Position numbers and translations under genes: made by a program | Part shown: piece after piece, positions 9,531 to 18,627 of the stretch | Layout: the number at the start of each line of letters is the position of its first letter | Numbering within the stretch: the first letter of the stretch is position 1 | Assembly: GCA_016182485.1 (NCBI GenBank) | Contig: JACPGH010000006.1 | Span: forward strand, 90,461-154,460 | Length of the DNA: 64,000 nucleotides | Direction of reading: 5' to 3' | Source of the DNA: Candidatus Kaiserbacteria bacterium | GTDB taxonomy: Bacteria > Patescibacteriota > Minisyncoccia > Phycocordibacterales > Phycocordibacteraceae | Notes under the pieces: model-generated | The model's input: the letters and a program-made list of their open reading frames with translations, nothing else | Database searches by the model: none | Told to the model about the DNA's origin: nothing

Positions 9531-10049
9531 TTATCTGGGCAGTTCCCTTTTCTCGACCTTAACGAGCTCCACTTCGAATACGAGCGTCGAATTGGCCGGA
9601 ATCACATTCCCAATTGCCCGCTCGCCGTACGCAAGTCCTGGAGGTATGACCAGACGGCGCTTCCCTCCTTCTTTCATCCCGACGAGACCCTCGTCCCAGC
9701 CGCGGATAACCTGGCCGACTCCGAGCGCGAATGTGAATCCGGTATCGCCATGATCGGCAGACGCGTCGAAAACGCTCCCGTCGGTGAGCGCGCCGACGTA
9801 GTTCACTGTTACCGTATCTCCCGGAGCCGCAGCTGCTCCCGTACCGACGAGTTCATCTGTTATCTGCAGGTTGGTTGTGGACATAGGAAGGTTCTGTTGA
9901 GTGCTAGTGGCTTGCAATTGCGGGCTTTCGTCAAGCGGCGCCGCTTCCGTACCCGGCATGGGGAGCGGGAGAAGGCCCGGGAATAGGTAAAAGGACGCGA
10001 CGACGGCTAGGGCGAGGGCGGCGGCGATTCCTGTGTGCGTTGGTTTCAT
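9531..10049 (-). CDS. FKBP-type peptidyl-prolyl isomerase, membrane anchored
   Basis: VTVNYVGAL, FDAS, GQVIRGWDEG, IPPGLAYG, IPANSTLVFEVEL. Confidence 0.95.
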   Translation of the reverse strand: MKPTHTGIAAALALAVVASFYLFPGLLPLPMPGTEAAPLDESPQLQATSTQQNLPMSTTNLQITDELVGTGAAAAPGDTVTVNYVGALTDGSVFDASADHGDTGFTFALGVGQVIRGWDEGLVGMKEGGKRRLVIPPGLAYGERAIGNVIPANSTLVFEVELVKVEKRELPR

Positions 10050-10204
10050 ATGTTGTGTGTAATGAATTTATTTTAACACATCCTGATTTGGCAACCGTTC
10101 TACGAGTTTACGAATTTTTTCCCGCCACTCTTTCGGAGTGCGCTCGTCCGCTTTTTCAAGCGAGTCGGGCGACTCCGCTGGTTTGGGCGCTCGTTCGCTC
10201 ATGG

Positions 10205-13000
10205 TCAATGGGAGAGATACCGCTCGCGGATCATCGTCTCTACGGTAGCACGGTCGCGCCCGTACGTTTGCGCAGAAAGGTGCACAAGCGCGTCGATTTG
10301 CTCCGGATTCCCTTTCTCCGGCGCCGGCGTCTTCAGGTCAAACGGTTTTTGCGGCACGCCGGCGGCGAGGATTTTCACATATGCGTTGAAATTTTCTATA
10401 TTGACGAAATCCAGAGCTTCGAATACCGGCGCGAACTGCTTCGCGAAAAATTCGGCGTCCTCTTCGCCTACGCGGAAAACAGCCATATTGCCGACGTTGC
10501 CGAACACGGCATTGCGCGTCTTTTCGTCGATCTGATTCAGGAATTGGTGCGCCATGGCGAGCGCGAGCTTGTATTTGCGCGCCTCGGAGAGAATGCCGGG
10601 GATCGAATCGGTAGTTACGTTATGGAATTCGTCCATATAGAGATAGAACGGCGCATGCGCGGCGCGCGGAGAATCCGCGCGAGAGAGAGCCGCCATAAAC
10701 AGTTTCCCTACAATTATGAGACCTATGAGATTTGCATTCTTCTCGCCCAAGCGGCCTTTCGAGAGGTTAATGAGAAGTATTTTCCTGGTGTCCATCACCT
10801 CGCGGAACTTGAATGAAGACTGCTGCTGTCCGACGATCGGCCGTATGAAGTCGTTCGCGGTGAAGTCATCGAACTTGTTCGTGATATACGGCACGATATT
10901 GGCGAGCGAAGCCTCCCCTTCCGCCTTCGTCGCTATCTCCTGCCAGAACTGATTGATGATCGGATTCATGCTCCTGCTCAGTTTCAGCCGGCGGAATTCG
11001 CTATTGGAGAGCACTCGCGCGATATCGAGTATCGTAGAGCCGCTCGTCGGGTCCTCGAGTACGAGCTGAGTCGCATTTCGGAAATATTGCTCGAACGCCG
11101 GGCCCATGCTCTCCGGCACATCTCCATAGAGCCGGCGGAAGATCATCAGGAGCTCGTTCACAATGAACGTCTTTTGTTCGGGCCGAGAGAGGTCGTACTC
11201 GAGAAAATTGAGACTGAAGGGGCGCGATAGGTCCGCCGGGTCGAAGTAGATCACATCCTGATAGCGCGCGGGCGGGACGGAGGCGAGGATATCGAGGATA
11301 TCGGAGCCGTGCGGATCGATGAAGCAGCAGCCTTCGCCGTTCTTGATGTCCTGAATGATCATCGACTTCAAGAGGCCGGTCTTGCCGGTGCCGGTCTGAC
11401 CTATGACATATAGGTGGCGCAGGCGGTCCTCGGCCGAAAGATGGATGGGAGTCTCCACGCCTCGGTAGGTATTTTTCCCCAATAGAACCGCCCCGGCAGG
11501 CGCCTGCCCCGTTAGAAATCCGATTTCTAACGGGGCAGGCGCGTGCGTGAAGCGCGCCTGCTTCAAGTGCGGCGCCGATTCGAGACCGGCCGGCGGGAAA
11601 TGATAGAGGCTCGTCAATTCGCGCAGCGATAACGGAAGGGCGGAGGGACTGGGGAGACGAAAAGAAAAATCCTCGCAAACCCCTTGCACATTGCGCGGGC
11701 CGGCCCGTTCGAACGTAAAGCGGTTCCCTTGCGTATTAGCGAATTGATTAAAGGCGGCTTCAAGCTCGCCGAGCGCTTGTTCGGCCTTGCGCTCGTTGCC
11801 AGAAGACACGACTAGCCGAATGGTCGTGCCGACGATCGGCGTCGCGATCTTCTTTTCGACCAGCTCGATGAAAGTCTTGTTCGCGTCTATTTGACGAGTT
11901 TCCGTCTGCTTGGCTTTTTCGACATCTTTCGGTTTGCTGGAAAAGAGCGCGCGCCCCATGTCGCGCGCAAAGGCCCCGAGCGCGGTCTCCGGCATCGAAA
12001 ACGCGCTCGAATGCTTCTCGCCCTTGCGCAAGGCGTTAAGGATCTTTCGATAATGAGCTACGTGGCGCTCCCCGCGCGGCTCGACGATGATCTGAAGCGC
12101 GGCCCCCTCGCCGGTGTGCTCGATCTTGGCGAAGGCATTCGTTATAACGTTGATCGGGTCGTAATCGAACTCTGTGTACATAGTCAGCGGCAAGGCCGGA
12201 TGCGCAGCGAGTTTCGCCGTAGCAGCGAGCGAAGTCCCGCCCTGAGCAAAGATATTGTAGTCGCGCGGCTCCAGAGTCAGATGGGCGTCCGGGAATATGC
12301 CGAGCAGTTGCTTTTCGAAGAGGTCGCGCTTCCCTCGCGGCACGGCCGCATAGAATTGGAGGTGCGGGCTATCGGCCGGGATCGCGAGCTCAAGCGCGAA
12401 ATAGTTCGGTTCTGCTCCGGAAGCGTTTCCGATCGACAGCAGTCCCGCATATAACTGCTCCATGCTTGAGACAAGTTCTTTTAGCGGCTTGTTTCTGGTT
12501 TCTGGTTTCTGGTTGCTCGTTTCCGGCAGCGCGATCGCATAGAGCTCCATTTTAAGAGCTCTGAAGCGGGGCGCTTTCTCATCCGTGTTCGGCACCTGCA
12601 AACCTTCGCCAACGTAGCGTACGAGATAGCGGTGGAAGTCATCCGTCACGTGCGCGTCGTGGAGGCCTTCCATGACCGCCAGCGCGTTCTTGATCCCTTT
12701 CTCTTCGAGCGTTTTTTGTAGCGCCTGAATGGCCCCGTCGCTGCCGCCGAGCTCGAACTCGGCGCGCAGAGTTTCGGCCCTGCTCTTCTGCTCCGAGGCC
12801 GGCAGGCGATACTCTGGCGCGAGAATTTTTTCAGGCGCTGACGTATGCTCATGGATCGTTTCGGATATGATCCGGACGCGTTCCGCTTCTGGCGCTTGGT
12901 CTGCCGCTCCTTGTCGGAGTTCCGCCTCTTTGCGCGCGACTTGCTCGCGCAGATACGCGAGCTCCGCTTCCGGAGTGGTGAGTGGCGGCGTCGCTTCCAT
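10205..13000 (-). CDS. Type IV coupling-protein-like (VirD4/TraD/HerA-FtsK) ATPase
   Basis: RHLYVIGQTGTGKT, IDPHG, LYMDEFHN, SEARKY, AHQFLNQ; start MEATPP placed 7 nt after a TATACT box. Confidence 0.88.
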   Translation of the reverse strand: MEATPPLTTPEAELAYLREQVARKEAELRQGAADQAPEAERVRIISETIHEHTSAPEKILAPEYRLPASEQKSRAETLRAEFELGGSDGAIQALQKTLEEKGIKNALAVMEGLHDAHVTDDFHRYLVRYVGEGLQVPNTDEKAPRFRALKMELYAIALPETSNQKPETRNKPLKELVSSMEQLYAGLLSIGNASGAEPNYFALELAIPADSPHLQFYAAVPRGKRDLFEKQLLGIFPDAHLTLEPRDYNIFAQGGTSLAATAKLAAHPALPLTMYTEFDYDPINVITNAFAKIEHTGEGAALQIIVEPRGERHVAHYRKILNALRKGEKHSSAFSMPETALGAFARDMGRALFSSKPKDVEKAKQTETRQIDANKTFIELVEKKIATPIVGTTIRLVVSSGNERKAEQALGELEAAFNQFANTQGNRFTFERAGPRNVQGVCEDFSFRLPSPSALPLSLRELTSLYHFPPAGLESAPHLKQARFTHAPAPLEIGFLTGQAPAGAVLLGKNTYRGVETPIHLSAEDRLRHLYVIGQTGTGKTGLLKSMIIQDIKNGEGCCFIDPHGSDILDILASVPPARYQDVIYFDPADLSRPFSLNFLEYDLSRPEQKTFIVNELLMIFRRLYGDVPESMGPAFEQYFRNATQLVLEDPTSGSTILDIARVLSNSEFRRLKLSRSMNPIINQFWQEIATKAEGEASLANIVPYITNKFDDFTANDFIRPIVGQQQSSFKFREVMDTRKILLINLSKGRLGEKNANLIGLIIVGKLFMAALSRADSPRAAHAPFYLYMDEFHNVTTDSIPGILSEARKYKLALAMAHQFLNQIDEKTRNAVFGNVGNMAVFRVGEEDAEFFAKQFAPVFEALDFVNIENFNAYVKILAAGVPQKPFDLKTPAPEKGNPEQIDALVHLSAQTYGRDRATVETMIRERYLSH

Positions 13001-13079
13001 TCTTTTTAGTATACCCCGCCGAATACTCGGGGAATTCTTTTTCAACTAACGATTTTCTGGCAGGGTATACTGTACCGAA

Positions 13080-13688
13080 ATGCTCGAATTCCTGCGCGTG
13101 CTTCTCGATCCCGTTGCAATGGTACAGGCCGGCGGTTATCTCGGCGTCGCGCTTATCGTATTCGCCGAGAGCGGCGTGCTGGTCGGAATGTTTTTGCCGG
13201 GCGATTCCCTGCTCTTCGCCGCAGGGCTTCTAGCGGCCGGGGGATATCTCTCAGTCGGGCCGCTAGCGCTCGTCGTCGTAGTTGCCGCTATCCTCGGGGA
13301 CTCAGTCGGCTACTGGTTCGGCGCCAAGGTGGGGCCGGCGCTTTTCAGGCGTCAGGACTCGCGCTTCTTCAAGCAGGCGCATGTGGAGCGCGCCCAGCAA
13401 TTTTTCCTGAATTACGGGGGCTATGCCATCGTGCTTGCCCGTTTTATACCTATCGTGCGCACGCTCACGCCAATTCTCGCCGGAGTCGGCACGATGCCGT
13501 ATCTCCGGTTCCTCGCATTCAACGTGATCGGCGGAATAATCTGGGGCGCCGGTATAGTATACCTTGGCTATTTCCTTGGTTCTGCCATTCCGGGCCTTGA
13601 ACGCTATTTCCTGCCGCTCACGCTTCTCATAATCCTCGCATCGGTCGCGCCCATTCTCATCAAGACCGTCAGAGCCAGCTCAAAATAA
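13080..13688 (+). CDS. DedA/VTT family membrane protein
   Basis: FAESG, LPGDSLLFAAG, GDSVGYWFG, ARFIPIVRT. Confidence 0.95.
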   Translation: MLEFLRVLLDPVAMVQAGGYLGVALIVFAESGVLVGMFLPGDSLLFAAGLLAAGGYLSVGPLALVVVVAAILGDSVGYWFGAKVGPALFRRQDSRFFKQAHVERAQQFFLNYGGYAIVLARFIPIVRTLTPILAGVGTMPYLRFLAFNVIGGIIWGAGIVYLGYFLGSAIPGLERYFLPLTLLIILASVAPILIKTVRASSK

Positions 13689-13689
13689 C

Positions 13690-13756
13690 CCTGTGAAGGT
13701 CTGACCTTCACAGGTGCACATATATACAGTTAGCTTGTGAAGGTCTGACCTTCACA
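13690..13756. repeat. REP-like palindrome doublet 1 (GTGAAGGTCTGACCTTCAC x2)
   Basis: Cores at 13693-13711 and 13737-13755. Confidence 0.95.
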
Positions 13757-13769
13757 GGGATCATCGGGC

Positions 13770-14486
13770 CTATTTCACGACGGTATCGAGCGCGGTCTTG
13801 AAACTCGCGTAGGGATACGCCCCGGCGATTAACTCGTCGCCGATTATGAGCGATGGCGTCGCGTTCACCCCGAGTCTCTGCGCCTCGGCGGTTACCTCTT
13901 GCGCGTGCCGCTCGTACGCGGCACGGTTAGCGTTCACATCGGCCGCGATTCTGGCAGCGTCGAGCCCGGGGATAGTCGCGTTCAACGAGTCGATGGACTG
14001 CGCATTGCCAAACCCGCCTCCCTCCTCGTCCTGCGCGGACATCATTGCTGTGCGCCATTCGAGATACTTTTCCGGATAGAGTTTCCAGACGGCCTGATTA
14101 TAAAGCGCGCCCGTGAGCGAATCCTGTCCCATGCGCGGAGAGAGGAATACGACATCCTTGAAAACGAGCTTCACCTTGCCGGTGTCCACATACTCTCTCA
14201 CTATGTCTGGAAATGCCGGCGGCGTGGGGATTTCCGGATGGCCGACCTCGAACGCTTTGCAGAACGGGCACTGGAAGTCGCTCCAGAATGCGATCGTAAC
14301 CGGGGCGTTTGGGTCCCCGATATACGGCTCTCCCTCCGTCCGCACGTCTTCAATATCCACGCTTGCAGTATCCGCAGTCCCAGGCCCGGGATTAGAGCTA
14401 TTCCACACGACTGCCCCCGCAACTAGCAGTCCGGCGATTATTACGGCGACTGGCAACAGGAACTTGTTTGAAGAAGTGGTGTCCAT
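13770..14486 (-). CDS. DsbA/thioredoxin-fold protein
   Basis: N-terminal TM, GDPNAPVT, DFQCPFC, GVNATP. Confidence 0.92.
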   Translation of the reverse strand: MDTTSSNKFLLPVAVIIAGLLVAGAVVWNSSNPGPGTADTASVDIEDVRTEGEPYIGDPNAPVTIAFWSDFQCPFCKAFEVGHPEIPTPPAFPDIVREYVDTGKVKLVFKDVVFLSPRMGQDSLTGALYNQAVWKLYPEKYLEWRTAMMSAQDEEGGGFGNAQSIDSLNATIPGLDAARIAADVNANRAAYERHAQEVTAEAQRLGVNATPSLIIGDELIAGAYPYASFKTALDTVVK

Positions 14487-14544
14487 ATGTTGGCGATGAT
14501 AGCATACGGTCGGATGTACAATAGCGGGATAAAAAGGAGGTCCC

Positions 14545-14619
14545 ATGAAAATCGCCACTCTCGCAATAATCGTAAGAGACGGACAGCTGCTCCTCGGACC
14601 ATTCAACCCCGCACTCTAA
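14545..14619 (+). pseudogene. 24-codon ORF resembling the N-terminus of a NUDIX/MutT protein, with intact SD and 3' hairpin
   Basis: AAGGAGG-tccc-ATG; MKIATLAIIVRDGQLLLGPFNPAL*; hairpin CGGCCCCG...CGGGGCCG at 14621-14642. Confidence 0.45.
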
Positions 14620-14740
14620 CCGGCCCCGCTTCGTCGGGGCCGTCTGATATAAATAGAAAAAGTACTACTATAAAATTATGCGCTAGTATGATATATCACA
14701 CTGTTGTCATCGTTTTAGTATTTTGCAAAATACCATAATC

Positions 14741-15046
14741 ATGAAATCGTTCGCGGGAAAGGTATACGCAATTACAGCGAAGATCCCGAGCGGCAAGGTT
14801 GCGACGTACGGGCAGATAGCTCGGCTCGCCGGCTCTCGGCGAGCCGGGCGCGCCGTCGGCGCGCTCATGCGGCGCAATACGAACAAGAATGTCCCCTGCC
14901 ACCGGGTCGTTTCAAGCGACGGGACGCTCCGCGGCTACGCCTTCGGCGGCATTCTCATAAAGCGCCAACGGCTACTCTCCGAGGGCGTCCTTTTCCTCGG
15001 CTCGCGCGTGAATTTAAGCAAATCGCTCTGGAATTCGAAAACTTGA
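14741..15046 (+). CDS. MGMT/Ogt-family methylated-DNA-protein-cysteine methyltransferase (single domain)
   Basis: IPSGKVATYGQIA, RAVG, VPCHRVV. Confidence 0.93.
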   Translation: MKSFAGKVYAITAKIPSGKVATYGQIARLAGSRRAGRAVGALMRRNTNKNVPCHRVVSSDGTLRGYAFGGILIKRQRLLSEGVLFLGSRVNLSKSLWNSKT

Positions 15047-15070
15047 CCCTTATTTTAAATATAGTATAGT
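15043..15070 (+). promoter_or_regulatory. Sigma70 promoter
   Basis: TTGACC-16 nt-TATAGT. Confidence 0.6.
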
Positions 15071-15146
15071 GTGGAAAGGTGGCTAGCTCTGTTCACATAT
15101 AGGACCGCCGCTCGACGGGAATCGGGCACAACGCAAGGAGGCCGCC

Positions 15147-15905
15147 ATGCGGCAGATCGCTATCGCTCTCTCTCTGCTGTGCCTCGTTTCCCTCTCGGCT
15201 CCGCCGGCGAACGCCGAGGAGACGCCTGTGCTCTCGTACTCCTTCGCCACCGAGTGGTGGGCGAAGTACCTGAACCAGGGCGGGTTCGTCATCCATGACG
15301 GTTCGGTGCTCTGGACCAGCCTGTTCGTCACGCACAACCGGAGCGGCTTCTACGCTGGTCTCTGGAACTCGACGCCAATCGACGGGACGGAGTTCAATTC
15401 CGACTTCGGCACCGAGAACGACATCTACCTCGGTTGGCGCGGGCGCACCGGCAACTTCGGCTACACCCTCGGCGTCGCGTACTTCGACCTGTACCGACTC
15501 GGCGGTGACCCTGCTGGGGATCTCATGCAGGCGTACGGCGAAGTGGCCTACCACTTCCCGTTCGGGAAGCACGAGCTCGTACCCTTCGCACGCCTCGAAT
15601 ACTCGATACCGCCGCCCGTGCGGCATACGATGCTCGATGAGAGCGTCCGCGGCCTCGTCGGCGTCCGGTACACGTACGTGTTGACCGAGCAAGTTGGCTT
15701 CTGGGCGAAGCTGTGGCTCATCGGCGATGATGGCCGGAACGCGCCCGAGGCGACCGGCATCGCGCAGCTGGACGGCGGCGTGAAGGTCGTGCTGACGCAG
15801 AACGTCAACATGACCTTCGGGGCAAGGCTGTCGCAGCCGATGACGAAGACGAGTTCGCGCAAGTTCGAGGCGGTGCCGAACGCCGCGCTCAACATCAACT
15901 GGTAG
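15147..15905 (+). CDS. Secreted beta-barrel-like protein (TorF/TIGR02001-like)
   Basis: AAGGAGG SD, signal peptide, SGFYAGLWNS and ENDIYLGW strands, alternating amphipathic pattern, C-terminal ALNINW. Confidence 0.7.
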   Translation: MRQIAIALSLLCLVSLSAPPANAEETPVLSYSFATEWWAKYLNQGGFVIHDGSVLWTSLFVTHNRSGFYAGLWNSTPIDGTEFNSDFGTENDIYLGWRGRTGNFGYTLGVAYFDLYRLGGDPAGDLMQAYGEVAYHFPFGKHELVPFARLEYSIPPPVRHTMLDESVRGLVGVRYTYVLTEQVGFWAKLWLIGDDGRNAPEATGIAQLDGGVKVVLTQNVNMTFGARLSQPMTKTSSRKFEAVPNAALNINW

Positions 15906-15909
15906 TTCG

Positions 15910-15938
15910 AACCCCCGGCGCTTCGCGCGCCGAGGGTT
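15910..15938 (+). terminator. GC-rich hairpin after beta-barrel gene
   Basis: AACCCCCGGCGC...GCGCCGAGGGTT. Confidence 0.55.
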
Positions 15939-15949
15939 CCTTCGTTATG

Positions 15950-15972
15950 TGATGGACATACGATGTCCATCA
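15950..15972. repeat. GGACAT-N3-ATGTCC palindrome, intergenic copy
   Basis: TGATGGACAT-ACG-ATGTCCATCA; related to units inside tgt and dus. Confidence 0.85.
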
Positions 15973-17034
15973 TTACTGATACTGGATATAAATCGGGATC
16001 GGGTTAAGAGCGAAAACTTCTTGGGGGGTCAGTAGGCCGTTCGCGGGCGGGCGACTATCGTTTTTATAAAACAGTTTTATGCCTGTGAATTGCACGGGTT
16101 CCGGCACGATGACGCGCGCGTAGGTATTTTTCTTCTTTTCCTTCGAACCGAAGCCGTCCATGTCCATTACTATCTGCACCTCCGGCAAGGGCCGTATCTT
16201 TTTGTAATTCGTCACCATGTCCGAGGTGAAACGGTGGATGACGAGCACCTTGGGTGGCAATTTGTTCTCCTGCACGAGTTTCGCGAGATACTCTGCTGCA
16301 AAATTGATATCCGCCGCGTCGAATGTGCCGATGACCGTGCCGGGCCGGTCGCCGAATTTCATCGAGAACTCCGGATCTATGCCCAAGTGCACCTGCGGCA
16401 TCTTCAAATATTTCTCAAGCATCGGCAATTCATACTGAAGCGTGCTCTTCCCTACCTGTACGTCGAGGAAAACGACCCCGTTCACTTTCTCGGCGAGCTC
16501 GAGCGCATGGTCTATTTGGTCGTCAGGCATCCGCAGCACATACTTGCCCTCCCTGCCGGCGCTCGCCTGCGCGACCACGGCGATGTAGTGGATCGCCGGG
16601 ACGACAGGCGTCGTCGGGTCGGCCGCCGCCCACATGGCGGAGGTGGAGGCGAGCATCGAGAGCATTTGGTCGGTCGGGTATTCGCCGAGCACGCCCATGC
16701 CTCTCGAATAGAAATTGCCGTAGTAGGCGACGATGCGCTTGAACGGCAGAATCGCGCCGGGGTTGGGATACGCAGTCTTCACGGGCCAAAGACGCGGGGT
16801 CGTAGAAGCGGCTTGCGGTGAGCTTGTCGAAACCGTTGTCGACGCAACATGCGCTAGAGCCAGAAGCCGCGCATCATACTCTGCCTTATCCAACTTGAGT
16901 ACTGGCGCTTCTTTTACGGACGCTTGGATCGCAGCGGCTTCATATATTCGAATTACCATCGGCGAAAAGCCGAACAGATAAATCAGCATTCCTCCGGCGA
17001 CGCATAGAGCCGCTACCAGGATTTTATGCAGCAT
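15973..17034 (-). CDS. Conserved membrane-anchored extracytoplasmic hypothetical protein
   Basis: N-terminal TM; RIVAYYGN, FLDVQVG, HLGIDPEF, MDMDGFG, GIKLFYKND. Confidence 0.8.
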   Translation of the reverse strand: MLHKILVAALCVAGGMLIYLFGFSPMVIRIYEAAAIQASVKEAPVLKLDKAEYDARLLALAHVASTTVSTSSPQAASTTPRLWPVKTAYPNPGAILPFKRIVAYYGNFYSRGMGVLGEYPTDQMLSMLASTSAMWAAADPTTPVVPAIHYIAVVAQASAGREGKYVLRMPDDQIDHALELAEKVNGVVFLDVQVGKSTLQYELPMLEKYLKMPQVHLGIDPEFSMKFGDRPGTVIGTFDAADINFAAEYLAKLVQENKLPPKVLVIHRFTSDMVTNYKKIRPLPEVQIVMDMDGFGSKEKKKNTYARVIVPEPVQFTGIKLFYKNDSRPPANGLLTPQEVFALNPIPIYIQYQ

Positions 17035-17088
17035 GCCGGTATAGTAACAGGATTTAGGCTCTAGGCTCTAGAGTGCCAACGGCTAGCT

Positions 17089-17574
17089 TTACGGACGCAC
17101 CACATGCCACTTTCCCATTCCTTCGCCTCGCGCCTCTCCCGGCTTTACGTCCTTCTTCCAGAAATAAAGCGGCGCGCCCTCATAGGTAACTTGGATGGAG
17201 CCGTCCCGACGCTTCATAGTCCCTACCTTGCCCGCGGCGCCGCCGCCCCCTATAAGAGTCTGTGAGGAAGTCAGCACATACGGAGGCCACGCCAGAACGC
17301 AGGCGCCGGCGCAATTAGATTTGTTCCTGGAATCCTTGTCAGTGCGATACACCGTCATTCCGTTTCTCGCCACCAGATGCGGGCCTACCCCTGTCGTTGT
17401 CGCTACTCTGAGCAAAGGAATCGGCTCGACTTCGCTTCGATATTCTTGCGCCGCATTCGCCTTAGTCTGTCCTTCTGAATAATCCTGCGCGGCGGTTTGG
17501 GTCGTGAACCAAAACCACGCAAGCGCGACGATAAGAATTCCTACAATCGTCCAGATGATCGTCGACGTTTTCAT
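17089..17574 (-). CDS. COG4315/Lipoprotein_15-like secreted repeat protein
   Basis: GMTVYRTDKD, SNCAGACVLAWPP, QVTYEGAPLYFWKKD. Confidence 0.88.
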   Translation of the reverse strand: MKTSTIIWTIVGILIVALAWFWFTTQTAAQDYSEGQTKANAAQEYRSEVEPIPLLRVATTTGVGPHLVARNGMTVYRTDKDSRNKSNCAGACVLAWPPYVLTSSQTLIGGGGAAGKVGTMKRRDGSIQVTYEGAPLYFWKKDVKPGEARGEGMGKWHVVRP

Positions 17575-17701
17575 GGCGCAAATTCATACAACGTGCGGCA
17601 ATCATATCCGCTTTACGGTGAACATAGAGTGAAAATCCGCTAAGTGCTAAAAACGGGCCCTTCGTCGAAGACTCCTCAGGACTGCGTCGCTTCGCTCCTT
17701 G

Positions 17702-17772
17702 CTGCCGGTCAGGGATTCGAACCCCAATTCACGGCTTCAAAGGCCGCTGTCCTACCATTAGACGAACCGGCA
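17702..17772 (-). tRNA. tRNA-Gln (TTG), CCA not encoded
   Basis: Acceptor TGCCGGT/ACCGGCA, anticodon loop CT-TTG-AA, GGTTCGAATCC T-arm. Confidence 0.95.
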
Positions 17773-17805
17773 ATGTAACTTATTTTACCACTTTTCATTC
17801 GTTCG

Positions 17806-18627
17806 TTAAGAGCCGCAGAGGGCGCGGAGGGCGGAGAGGTCGGCGGCGGTCGGCACGAGATTCCCGCTCTCGTTCTCGGCGTACATGATGGCGTTCGCAT
17901 CCTCGTTGTGACCGAGGCCGATGGCGTGCCCGAACTCGTGCGCGAGCACCCGCTTAAGCTGCGTGGCGCCGATAAACTCGAAAATGTTTATTCGCACGCC
18001 CCTCGCGTCGCTCACGTATTCTCCTTCGCGGAACGTCTGTCCCGCGAATTGATTGTATTCCGCGACTTTCGCATTAATTACTCGCACGCGGGCATTATAT
18101 TCAGCGACTTTGGCGTTTATGGTATCCGAAAGCGCCGAGAGCGCCGCCTGCTTCGCCTTGAGCGCGGCGGCTTCCTGCTTCTTGGCGCCGCCGCCTGCCT
18201 TGCCGACAGGCAGGCGCGCATTTACCGCCGCAACTTCTCTGACATAGGCCGCCTGCTCGATTTCGTAACGAGCGCGCAGAGTGTCGAGTGCGGCGCGCGC
18301 CGCATCGATCTCCTCCTGTTCCCGCGCGATCTGACTGCCGAGCTTAGCGGTCGCCTCGCGCTCGTCATAAATGAGATTGATCTTGAGCGATGCCTGCGGC
18401 TCATACGCAAGGACAGTCTTGCCGGCTGCGTCGTTCCATATCGCCGCGGATGCTCTCGCGTTCTCTACAAGCGCGGCATTCGATATCTCGAAACGCTTAT
18501 CGATCGCGCCCAAAGCGAATCCTACAGGATGCCTGCATGGGCGCGTGTTCTGATATTCGTAGTATATGACCCCGGTCGACAGGACGAGGGCAACGAGAAG
18601 TATGAGCCAGCGAGAAGCGTCTTTCAT
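17806..18627 (-). CDS. Matrixin-family zinc metalloprotease with coiled coil
   Basis: HEFGHAIGLGH, Met-turn AIMY, N-terminal TM. Confidence 0.92.
   Translation of the reverse strand: MKDASRWLILLVALVLSTGVIYYEYQNTRPCRHPVGFALGAIDKRFEISNAALVENARASAAIWNDAAGKTVLAYEPQASLKINLIYDEREATAKLGSQIAREQEEIDAARAALDTLRARYEIEQAAYVREVAAVNARLPVGKAGGGAKKQEAAALKAKQAALSALSDTINAKVAEYNARVRVINAKVAEYNQFAGQTFREGEYVSDARGVRINIFEFIGATQLKRVLAHEFGHAIGLGHNEDANAIMYAENESGNLVPTAADLSALRALCGS

Noticed and set aside
10110-10204. Possible structured intergenic element (CACTC-TTTCG-GAGTG and others)
   Set aside because: No second copy found in the window; cannot be supported beyond short hairpins
10205-13000. Conjugative element around the coupling-protein-like ATPase
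   Set aside because: No relaxase, VirB genes or integrase nearby; such ATPases are common chromosomal genes in CPR
13690-13756. Palindrome pairs as mini-CRISPR arrays
   Set aside because: Only two units per locus, 19-bp perfect palindromes, one pair inverted, no cas operon; the PD-(D/E)XK gene next to one doublet is not sufficient
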